Virus record (IMG/VR): IMGVR_UViG_3300030376_006611
Span: 549 to 64,548 of that record
Direction: 5' to 3' (one strand)
DNA length: 64,000 nt
Source of the DNA: a virus
Lineage: Duplodnaviria; Caudoviricetes
Shown here in pieces: positions 56,184 to 63,294 of this stretch. A program made the position numbers and the translations under genes. Position 1 is the first letter of the stretch; each line of letters opens with the position of its first letter. A model generated the notes under the pieces. The model had not been told where the DNA came from. It saw only the letters and a list, made by a program, of their open reading frames with translations, and searched no databases.

Positions 56184-56653
56184 TGGCTACACTTACAACA
56201 ACTATTACAGAGCAGCTCACGCTCAACGGCATCGAAAGGGGGTCGACAAACAACCTGTCTATTACAGGTGTCAATGAGGTGATGCAGCGCATGGTGACGT
56301 GCCCAGCAAACAATGACACTACTATCGCCTCATTTAAGGCAGCCGTTAACACTTCGGACGGAGCCCTAGAACTCTCTAGCGTCAAGTACATCAGAGTTAC
56401 AAATCTTGACAGCTCTAACGAGGTCATACTGTCGCTTCAGATCTCTGCCGCAGAGAACGGAACAGCGGATGCATCTACAAGCATTTTGCTCGCCGCAGGC
56501 AGAAGTTACATTATGGGGGTGCCTCATGACGGTATTGCTACTGACGACGATGGCACCACCGTTATTACTGACAGCAACCTTAACGATCTCGAATCATTGA
56601 TCGTAGACCCGAAGTCCAGCAACGTAACAGTAGAGCTATTTATCGCAAGCTAA
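56183..56653 (+). CDS. Putative virion beta-sandwich protein (distant paralog of 4950/5351)
   Basis: MATLTTTITEQLTLNG...KYIRVTNLD. Confidence 0.55.
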   Translation: MATLTTTITEQLTLNGIERGSTNNLSITGVNEVMQRMVTCPANNDTTIASFKAAVNTSDGALELSSVKYIRVTNLDSSNEVILSLQISAAENGTADASTSILLAAGRSYIMGVPHDGIATDDDGTTVITDSNLNDLESLIVDPKSSNVTVELFIAS

Positions 56654-56660
56654 TACCGCT

Positions 56661-56669
56661 TATATTTGC
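56661..56669 (+). promoter_or_regulatory. -7 promoter element TATATTTGC
   Basis: Just before the ATG at 56673. Confidence 0.7.
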
Positions 56670-56672
56670 AAC

Positions 56673-57740
56673 ATGCCAGGATATCACAAATCATACCAAC
56701 GGGGCACAGGTAAATCCAAGAAGCCCTCAACGTATCTAGACACTGCTCTGACTAGAGAACAGATGGAGGATAGGAAGAGAATGCAGCAAAAAGGTAAGAG
56801 CGCCTTTTTTCAGGCGTTACCAGAAAATACTCCAGAAGAGGCTAGAGTCGCAAGAAAAAACCCATCGCTGGATCTCGCATACGATGATGACGCCCCAGCC
56901 ACTATGAGAATGGTTAAGAAAAACAACAATGGATCACAAATGAATGTATCAAAGCAATATCAAAAAGGAACTGGTAATACCAAAGGGCTAATGGCCCTTG
57001 GCCGATCTGGAGCCAAAGGTAGAGAGGCATACAAAAACATCACTGGTAAAGAGTTCAAAGAAGCCAAGGAAGCAGGCATGGGTATGAAGTACCGCATGGG
57101 CACGGGTATGGCTGATCAGAATATGATGGATTATGGCAGGATGTTGATGGAGCGCGGCCAAAAGATTATGGCCATGGGCGCTAATATGGGACAATCATCA
57201 GATCCAGAGCGAGGTGTGAATGAGATGACCATGGGGGAGAAAATATATCAGGATGGTACAGGGCAAATGACCGACGCTGAAATTATGCGTCAGGAGATGC
57301 TGGCTCAAAGAAGGGCAGAGAGAGGTATGTCGCCTGGTCAAAGATCAAGAATGAAGACGCTTGAATCTCAGGAAGAGATGGGTTATACACCACCTAGTGG
57401 AGGAGAGTATAAGGGTGCTCTTTATAAAATGCCAGAGATTAAGGAGATTGTAAGAAGCGGTAGTATGGAAGGTATTGATTTAGAGAGACTAGCTGCCACT
57501 GCATCCAGAGGCAGTCTTCCTGCAAATCTCAGAGGTATGATTATGCAGTATCTAGAAGAAGGACCAGGTGCTAAAGCTCAGGAAATAAACCAGCCCGTTG
57601 AAAGATCTGTAACACAGACGCCAACTCAGTTTGCATTTCAAGAGGGACCTGGTGGAGAGGGCGGTAGCCTTACCATTACAGGCAGACAAAGCGACATCAA
57701 GAAGAGAACCATGGGTGGTCGCAATATGTATGTGAGATAA
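56673..57740 (+). CDS. Met/Gly/Lys-rich putative cargo protein with four Y-x-x-G-T-G motifs
   Basis: YQRGTG, YQKGTG, YRMGTG, YQDGTG. Confidence 0.6.
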   Translation: MPGYHKSYQRGTGKSKKPSTYLDTALTREQMEDRKRMQQKGKSAFFQALPENTPEEARVARKNPSLDLAYDDDAPATMRMVKKNNNGSQMNVSKQYQKGTGNTKGLMALGRSGAKGREAYKNITGKEFKEAKEAGMGMKYRMGTGMADQNMMDYGRMLMERGQKIMAMGANMGQSSDPERGVNEMTMGEKIYQDGTGQMTDAEIMRQEMLAQRRAERGMSPGQRSRMKTLESQEEMGYTPPSGGEYKGALYKMPEIKEIVRSGSMEGIDLERLAATASRGSLPANLRGMIMQYLEEGPGAKAQEINQPVERSVTQTPTQFAFQEGPGGEGGSLTITGRQSDIKKRTMGGRNMYVR

Positions 57741-57759
57741 TATTCCAGTTTTACTGGAT

Positions 57760-57788
57760 AAAAAAAAAGGGCCCGCGAGGGCCCTTTT
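57760..57788. terminator. Bidirectional terminator A9-GGGCCC-GCGA-GGGCCC-TTTT
   Basis: GNRA-capped stem with A and T tracts between convergent genes. Confidence 0.85.
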
Positions 57789-57799
57789 CTATTTAAAAC

Positions 57800-58249
57800 T
57801 TATTCTCTCCACAGCGCCTGACACAGCACAGGCTTCTCCATGCTACCGATTGGGTGGGGTTGAGCGCTAATTACCTTCTCTTCAGTGACAGTGGCAGATG
57901 CCTGTCCCGAAACGAAGAAGTCGATGTAGTCTTCGTTCATCACAATGTGAGTTCCGAAAGACATTGCAGTGTCTGCGCTGAATGGAAGTACGAGGTACAG
58001 ACCAGGCTTAGTAAATGTAAAGGCGCTGTCGCTTTTGATGACACCTGCGATTGAGTGATTGGAGTAGAAGACGCCGTCGTCTAGATCTTGCTTGACCCCG
58101 TTCGGAACCTTGATGTCTTCAACAAGAAAGATGACAAACTCCTCAGCTTCACCTGCTCTGGCAACAAAGTCTTGAGTGAATGTCCGCGAGAGCTGGGCTG
58201 AGGCGATATTTGCGACCAGGATGGTCAGGGCTGTAATTAAGATACGCAT
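57800..58249 (-). CDS. Secreted protein with signal peptide (start revised from 58276)
   Basis: MRILITALTILVANIASA-Q. Confidence 0.65.
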   Translation of the reverse strand: MRILITALTILVANIASAQLSRTFTQDFVARAGEAEEFVIFLVEDIKVPNGVKQDLDDGVFYSNHSIAGVIKSDSAFTFTKPGLYLVLPFSADTAMSFGTHIVMNEDYIDFFVSGQASATVTEEKVISAQPHPIGSMEKPVLCQALWRE

Positions 58250-58498
58250 GTTATTTAATTTGTGGGTTATGAACAAAGGATGTAGATGATTGAAATGATG
58301 GCTGCTAATACTGTATACTTCATGGTTGGATTGAATTTTGTAACTTTGTCTAAATCGCTGATCTCAGTATATGCAGAACTTTCGGTATTCACAAATTTGG
58401 CTTGCAAAAAAACCTTAACGACTTGAGAAAGCCGTACTTTAACGCCAAGAAAAAACGAAAGGACTCCTCTGTGGAGAACGAAAAAAGAAGACTTCACA

Positions 58499-58978
58499 AT
58501 GAAGCTATCAGAAAATCTATCACTCGCCGAATGCCTCAAGAGCAAAACAGCCACGAGACTCGGGATAAATAATGAACCTCATGATGAATGGGTTGTCGAA
58601 AACCTTAAGTCGCTTGCAGAGCATGTATTTCAGCCTTGTCGCGACCATTTCGGGTGTGCTATATACGTGTCGAGCGGCTATCGTTCGCCTGATCTCAACC
58701 GTGCTATCGGTGGGTCAAAGCGCAGTCAGCACATGGAAGGAAGAGCACTCGACCTCGATTGCGATGTATACGGAGTTATCACAAATGCTGAGCTCTTCAA
58801 CTACATTAGAGAGAATTTGGACTTCGATCAGATGGTGTGGGAGTTTGGTGATGAAGACAATCCTGATTGGGTACACGTCTCTTATGTTCATGGCGGGACT
58901 AATCGTAAGAGGTGTCTACGCGCTCGCAGAGATGATAACGGAAAGGTTTACTACGAAGTAATGTACAAATCACTATAA
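58499..58978 (+). CDS. Endolysin, peptidase M15 family
   Basis: SSGYRS..LN.AIGG...SQH..G.A.D and WVHVSY zinc-peptidase motifs. Confidence 0.85.
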   Translation: MKLSENLSLAECLKSKTATRLGINNEPHDEWVVENLKSLAEHVFQPCRDHFGCAIYVSSGYRSPDLNRAIGGSKRSQHMEGRALDLDCDVYGVITNAELFNYIRENLDFDQMVWEFGDEDNPDWVHVSYVHGGTNRKRCLRARRDDNGKVYYEVMYKSL

Positions 58979-58983
58979 TTGTA

Positions 58984-59217
58984 ATGGCTGACTATTCTAA
59001 CAGAAGGTGGGTGATCCTACCATTTGAGGACGTCACGGATCAAATAATATCTGACGTCATTCAAAACAGCGCAAGCGATTTGAGAAGAACTGTTTCTGGT
59101 GATGACCTCGCATTTGTAAAGTACGATGGACCTCAGCCCTCAAGCCTGTCTGGACTCACAGAGTATACTCACAGTGAGATCCTGGCTATTCTAAACGATG
59201 AAAACGGAAATTGGTAA
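58984..59217 (+). CDS. Small conserved protein usually next to LamG fibre genes
   Basis: VKYDG.QP...YTHSEIL.IL motif. Confidence 0.6.
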   Translation: MADYSNRRWVILPFEDVTDQIISDVIQNSASDLRRTVSGDDLAFVKYDGPQPSSLSGLTEYTHSEILAILNDENGNW

Positions 59218-60026
59218 TGTTAGGATTAGGATCAGAGATGTACAGGGGTGGTGTGGTGTCAGAAGACCCATACCAGAGCTTGCGTGCTTTGTCTTTTGAC
59301 GGCACAGACGACGTGGTGTTTTATGCAGACGACGATGATTGGCACGGCGGAAGTAACAATGGATTTACCATAAGCTTCTGGATCAAGGAGGGTACATTCC
59401 AGAAGAAGACCGTACTTTCGAAGTGGCAGGACAACAATAATTATTGGAGGATTTTCTTTTCTCGTAACGCCGCCTCTATGAACTTTGAAATGAAAGTAGG
59501 GGGAACCACCCACGCCGAGATGATAACAGACGACGCCGTAACTTCTTACCAGGGGGCATACACTCACTTTGTGGTCTCTGTAAGAACAGACGGCTTAAGT
59601 GCGTTTGAAAATGGAAGCTATATTATGATTAACGGAACATCTGTAGATGTCACAAATAGCACTGATTCAAATTTCGCTCAGTCAGACTTTAACAACACAG
59701 GCGCTCCTATGTGGGCTAGATTCTCAGGCAGCATGTTTGAGCTCGACCAACTAGACGAGTTTGCAGCATGGGATAACTATCTTGCGCCTCAATCGGGTAT
59801 TGCGATGTACAACGGAGGCTCCCCCATAGACCTTTCAAAGTCTTCAGGAAGTTATTCAGGTGCTAACGGACCAGACTCTTTGCACGCATGGGTCAGGGGT
59901 GAGAAAAACTTCAACGGTCTCGATACCGTGGCTAATGGATCAGGTTCAGTTGATAGCCTGGGCACGGATGACGCAGGAAAGAACGTGTTCTCAATAGGCG
60001 TTCCTATAGTCGTAAATGCTGGGTAA
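59217..60026 (+). CDS. LamG/concanavalin-A-like fibre protein
   Basis: MLGLG start, ALSFDGTDD, FTISFWIK, LDEFAAW, MYNGG.P.DL. Confidence 0.72.
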   Translation: MLGLGSEMYRGGVVSEDPYQSLRALSFDGTDDVVFYADDDDWHGGSNNGFTISFWIKEGTFQKKTVLSKWQDNNNYWRIFFSRNAASMNFEMKVGGTTHAEMITDDAVTSYQGAYTHFVVSVRTDGLSAFENGSYIMINGTSVDVTNSTDSNFAQSDFNNTGAPMWARFSGSMFELDQLDEFAAWDNYLAPQSGIAMYNGGSPIDLSKSSGSYSGANGPDSLHAWVRGEKNFNGLDTVANGSGSVDSLGTDDAGKNVFSIGVPIVVNAG

Positions 60027-60443
60027 TCACTCTAGCTCTCTGTAAAACCTTTGAACCAGTAACCTACCCTTCTGGGTCATACCGTATCTCACTCTGTAAT
60101 TGAATTTAGTTTCATCTCGGAAGAGGTGATCTTCGTATGTGTCAGACGGTGTGAGTTTGTCAAAGTATTTGTATACATAACTACCTCTAACTAGCTCGTA
60201 TACAATACGTTCTCCTATTTTTTTTGCTGAGTAACCGTAATCTTTGGCTGCGTATGACAGAGTCCAGAACTCAAGGTCATAGGCCCAGAGCATAAACATA
60301 AGCTCCCTCTCGAATATGTCATTCTTGAGGCAAAACTCTTTTACGCTCTTTCTCAGATACTTAAGGTGATTGTTTTTTGTGTACCTTTGATTGAGCTTAG
60401 AAAACTCTCGGAACATCTTTCCCTTAGACTTCTTTGCTGGCAT
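60027..60443 (-). CDS. Putative winged-helix DNA-binding protein (isolated antisense gene)
   Basis: ELMFMLWAYD...IVYELVRGSYV...YGMTQKGRLLV resembles a winged HTH; TATCTTCG promoter-like motif at 60461-60468. Confidence 0.5.
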   Translation of the reverse strand: MPAKKSKGKMFREFSKLNQRYTKNNHLKYLRKSVKEFCLKNDIFERELMFMLWAYDLEFWTLSYAAKDYGYSAKKIGERIVYELVRGSYVYKYFDKLTPSDTYEDHLFRDETKFNYRVRYGMTQKGRLLVQRFYRELE

Positions 60444-60467
60444 TGAAATCAATTATACCGCGAAGAT

Positions 60468-60755
60468 ATGGAAGATGAGGAGTTTTTGTACAGAATCAGG
60501 GAGTTGGCGGTGGAGATGGACGACATCGTAGATGAGTTCGGGGTAAGAGATCGACTGATGTCAATCATGATCATTGGCGTTACCGAGCAGAACGAACTTG
60601 GTGACACCAACATGAAGGCTGTGTACAGCTACAACCTTCACAACAAGGAGGAAATGAATGAGCTAATTGAATTTATGCAAGACACATACGTTGAGAAAAA
60701 AGATGATCCAGATCTGGATGACCTACTCAACGGTCTTGGAATATCATTAAACTAA
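60468..60755 (+). CDS. Acidic hypothetical protein
   Basis: Tracked ORF. Confidence 0.65.
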   Translation: MEDEEFLYRIRELAVEMDDIVDEFGVRDRLMSIMIIGVTEQNELGDTNMKAVYSYNLHNKEEMNELIEFMQDTYVEKKDDPDLDDLLNGLGISLN

Positions 60756-60756
60756 T

Positions 60757-60996
60757 ATGGAAGGACTTATTAGAAAGATTGTTGTGGGTAGAGACCCCAA
60801 GGATGCCATGGCCTACTATGTAGGTATGAGGGCTGGAAAGGGCAACGTTAGTGCCATCGTTTTGGACCATGAGCATTTGCACAGGCACGGATCAAAGAGA
60901 TATCTTGTATATTTGCAAGAGGAGGATGATTCGCAGGTACTATGGAAGTCTATAGACAACATGCCCTGCATGGTGGAGTTTGACTTAAATTTCTGA
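60757..60996 (+). CDS. Conserved hypothetical protein (IRKIVVGRDPKDAMAYYVG)
   Basis: Motif; clean ORF. Confidence 0.65.
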   Translation: MEGLIRKIVVGRDPKDAMAYYVGMRAGKGNVSAIVLDHEHLHRHGSKRYLVYLQEEDDSQVLWKSIDNMPCMVEFDLNF

Positions 60997-60998
60997 TA

Positions 60999-61247
60999 AT
61001 GTCACACAAGAGCTATCCTAACGGGGAATCAATCCCACATTCGCTTCCAGATGCTTACAGACTGGCCAACACAAATTCAAAGTGCTCTAATTGTGGCTTC
61101 TTTGTAAGTAATCAGTCGTACTGCACAAAATGGTCGGCCCCAGTAAGGGCCAACTATGTATGTGCTTCGTGGAAGCCTAGACAGGCACCACCATCAAGAA
61201 TGAGTTCAAATACATCAAATAGATCTAGAAATGTCGGAGGATACTAA
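60999..61247 (+). CDS. Four-Cys metal-binding small protein
   Basis: CSNCGFF...YCTKW...YVCASW. Confidence 0.6.
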   Translation: MSHKSYPNGESIPHSLPDAYRLANTNSKCSNCGFFVSNQSYCTKWSAPVRANYVCASWKPRQAPPSRMSSNTSNRSRNVGGY

Positions 61248-61407
61248 GAAGAAGCCAGAGGGTCTCGGGGATACTATCGCAGAGATCACTAGGGCCACGA
61301 GAATTAAGAATATTGTTGATCATATCAGCAATAAGACGGGTAAGGACTGTGGATGCGCCAAGAGGCAAAAGGCGCTCAATAAGATGTTCCCATACGGTAA
61401 GAAGTGA
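61231..61407 (+). CDS. 58-aa conserved protein (GLGDTI...CGC..R...LN..FP), not in ORF track
   Basis: Recognisable motif; GTGA overlap downstream. Confidence 0.7.
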   Translation: MSEDTKKKPEGLGDTIAEITRATRIKNIVDHISNKTGKDCGCAKRQKALNKMFPYGKK

Positions 61408-62009
61408 AGACATTTGACTTGTTTATCGTTGAACTGGAAAAAACGGTCAACGATACAATTACTACCGACTCAGGCTTTGAGCTTTATATCGAGACAAAGT
61501 TTGAGAACGGTGAGTTCGATCACAGAGTCACTCAGGGGCCAGTTGTGGCTGTGCCTTTTAAATATGACACTGGGGTCAGCATCGGGGATATTCTATACTT
61601 TCACCACCTTGTCGTCATGCAGGAGGGGCAAGTACTTACTGGTGTCGACAATCACTACTTTGTCAAATACGGCACTCAGGCTATTGGTAATCAAGCTATT
61701 GCGTATAAAAACAAAGATACTGGCGAGATAAAATGTCTTGGTGGTTGGTCACTGCTTGAGCCTATCGAGGAGGAGACCAAAGACTCTAGTGTTATTGAGA
61801 TCGTTGATCTTAAAGAAAAGCTCCCTACAAAGGGCCGTGTTGTTTACACATGCGGAGACGGTACAGCTGATGACGTGGACATCAAGCCAGGGGATGTGGT
61901 TGGGTTCAAAGAGAACCGAGACTATAGAATCAAAATTGATGGCGTGGAGATGTACAGAACCCGCGCTGAAGATCTTCTCTATGTCGAAGAAGAAGTTCAC
62001 GACGATTGA
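61404..62009 (+). CDS. Tandem GroES-like co-chaperonin
   Basis: Two GroES-like halves: G.VVAVP...SIGDILYF and KGRVV...IKPGDVVGF...IDGVEMYR...DLL. Confidence 0.62.
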   Translation: MKTFDLFIVELEKTVNDTITTDSGFELYIETKFENGEFDHRVTQGPVVAVPFKYDTGVSIGDILYFHHLVVMQEGQVLTGVDNHYFVKYGTQAIGNQAIAYKNKDTGEIKCLGGWSLLEPIEEETKDSSVIEIVDLKEKLPTKGRVVYTCGDGTADDVDIKPGDVVGFKENRDYRIKIDGVEMYRTRAEDLLYVEEEVHDD

Positions 62010-62271
62010 GGCTGCCCAGCGACTCATGTACAGCATGGAGGTCGCCATCAACAATATGATTGATGAGGTAAAGAAGCCTGTCGATCCAGAAGCGGGTGGA
62101 GCTGCTAGAAAGGCCGAGCTCCAGTCGATTAAGCAAACGGCCACGGACTGTAAAGAGCTGCTGGTCGAGCGACAGCGTCTTGAGCAGATGATTAAAGATT
62201 TAAGGGACAATGGACAAATTGAACAAGCCAAAGACTACTCTGGAGGTTTTGCTGAAAGATTCTCTAAATGA
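61981..62271 (+). CDS. Helical protein, possible terminase small subunit (start revised from 61738)
   Basis: MSKKKFTT...GGFAERFSK; lies upstream of terL. Confidence 0.45.
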   Translation: MSKKKFTTIEAAQRLMYSMEVAINNMIDEVKKPVDPEAGGAARKAELQSIKQTATDCKELLVERQRLEQMIKDLRDNGQIEQAKDYSGGFAERFSK

Positions 62272-62352
62272 TTGGAAGAAGATAGTCTGGCAGTACAACA
62301 GGATTGATTATAAATTCTGGGAAGAATCTTGGAACGAAGAGTTTGAGGACTG

Positions 62353-62709
62353 ATGCCTATCAAAGATCTAGATGCTAGAAAGGCCTACAACAAGGCGTAT
62401 CAAAAAGAGCACTACAGGAACAACAAGGAGTACTACAAGTCAAAAGCCAAAGCCTCAAAACTCAAACAAAGGGTGTGGAATAGGGCTTTTGTTGACAGGG
62501 TCAAGAGGCTTCTTGGATGTGTTGACTGTGGCGAGTCCAACCCTGTAGTCCTAGAGTTTGACCACGTAAGAGGTGAAAAGGCTGGAAACATAGCCGACAT
62601 GGTACACAGACCGCTTTGTGTCGATGCAATCAAAGAAGAGATTCGTAAGTGCGAAGTGCGTTGTGCTAATTGCCACAGAAAAAAGACCTTTGAAAGAAGG
62701 AACGCATAA
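62353..62709 (+). CDS. HNH endonuclease
   Basis: CVDCG...LEFDHV...C...CANCH. Confidence 0.8.
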   Translation: MPIKDLDARKAYNKAYQKEHYRNNKEYYKSKAKASKLKQRVWNRAFVDRVKRLLGCVDCGESNPVVLEFDHVRGEKAGNIADMVHRPLCVDAIKEEIRKCEVRCANCHRKKTFERRNA

Positions 62710-62786
62710 CCGCAAGTATCCCCTCAAGCTTATACCTTGTAGAAAGGGTAACTGGTCACATGTGGGTTCAAGTCCCACCTTGCGGA
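62710..62786 (+). ncRNA. tRNA-like RNA, anticodon UAU (Ile-like), with anticodon arm and D-loop in swapped order
   Basis: Acceptor CCGCAAG/CTTGCGG plus A; CAAG-CTTATAC-CTTG comes first, then AACTGGTC D-loop-like segment, then GTGGG-TTCAAGT-CCCAC. Confidence 0.7.
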
Positions 62787-62802
62787 CAAAGTAAACGTGT
62801 CG

Positions 62803-62810
62803 TATATTTG
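62803..62810 (+). promoter_or_regulatory. -7 promoter element TATATTTG
   Basis: Just before the ATG at 62815. Confidence 0.65.
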
Positions 62811-62814
62811 AGCC

Positions 62815-63069
62815 ATGCGCGTCAAGAAAAAACGCAACTACAAGAGAGAGTATCGCCTCTTCCACAAAAACAAGAAGGCTAAGAAGGCACGCGCTGGAAG
62901 AAACTTCCGACGCAGGAGGGCCGAAAGAGATGGTAGGGTCTCTAAGGGAGACGGAAAAGACCTGCATCACTACACGGTCGGAGGGAAAACCATGACAAGG
63001 ATTGAGTCAGCCTCAGTAAACAGGGGCAGGTCTGAGGCCTCCAGGAGGCCAGGTAGTAGCAGAAAATAA
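62815..63069 (+). CDS. Small basic HNH-like protein
   Basis: RN..RR....G.V.KGDGKDLHH...S.NRG motif. Confidence 0.55.
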   Translation: MRVKKKRNYKREYRLFHKNKKAKKARAGRNFRRRRAERDGRVSKGDGKDLHHYTVGGKTMTRIESASVNRGRSEASRRPGSSRK

Positions 63070-63075
63070 ACTAAT

Positions 63076-63149
63076 GCACCTGTAGCTCAACTGGATAGAG
63101 CAGCGCACTTCTAATGCGCAGGTTTCAGGTTCGAGTCCTGACAGGTGTA
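63076..63149 (+). tRNA. tRNA-Arg(UCU)
   Basis: Canonical cloverleaf GCACCTG/CAGGTGT, GCTC/GAGC D-arm, GCGCA-CTTCTAA-TGCGC, TCAGG-TTCGAGT-CCTGA; CCA not encoded (ACAA follows). Confidence 0.95.
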
Positions 63150-63162
63150 CAAATTAAATACA

Positions 63163-63294
63163 ATGGCAAAGGTTCAAGTATCCACCTACAAGTCTAAGAG
63201 AGTGAGACGCAAAGGCGTTCACGCAAAGACAAAATCATCAAAGAACAAGTCATCAAAGAACTACACTAAGCGCTATGCTGGTCAAGGTCGATGA
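63163..63294 (+). CDS. 43-aa basic peptide (GVHAKTK...KNY.K.Y.GQGR), not in ORF track
   Basis: A-rich leader; recognisable motif. Confidence 0.7.
   Translation: MAKVQVSTYKSKRVRRKGVHAKTKSSKNKSSKNYTKRYAGQGR

Noticed and set aside
62249-62353. 34-codon Trp-rich ORF (TTG start, LKDSLNDWKKIVWQYNRIDYKFWEESWNEEFED)
   Set aside because: The TGATG coupling is suggestive, but the start is weak and overlaps the upstream gene; not enough support to list as a feature.
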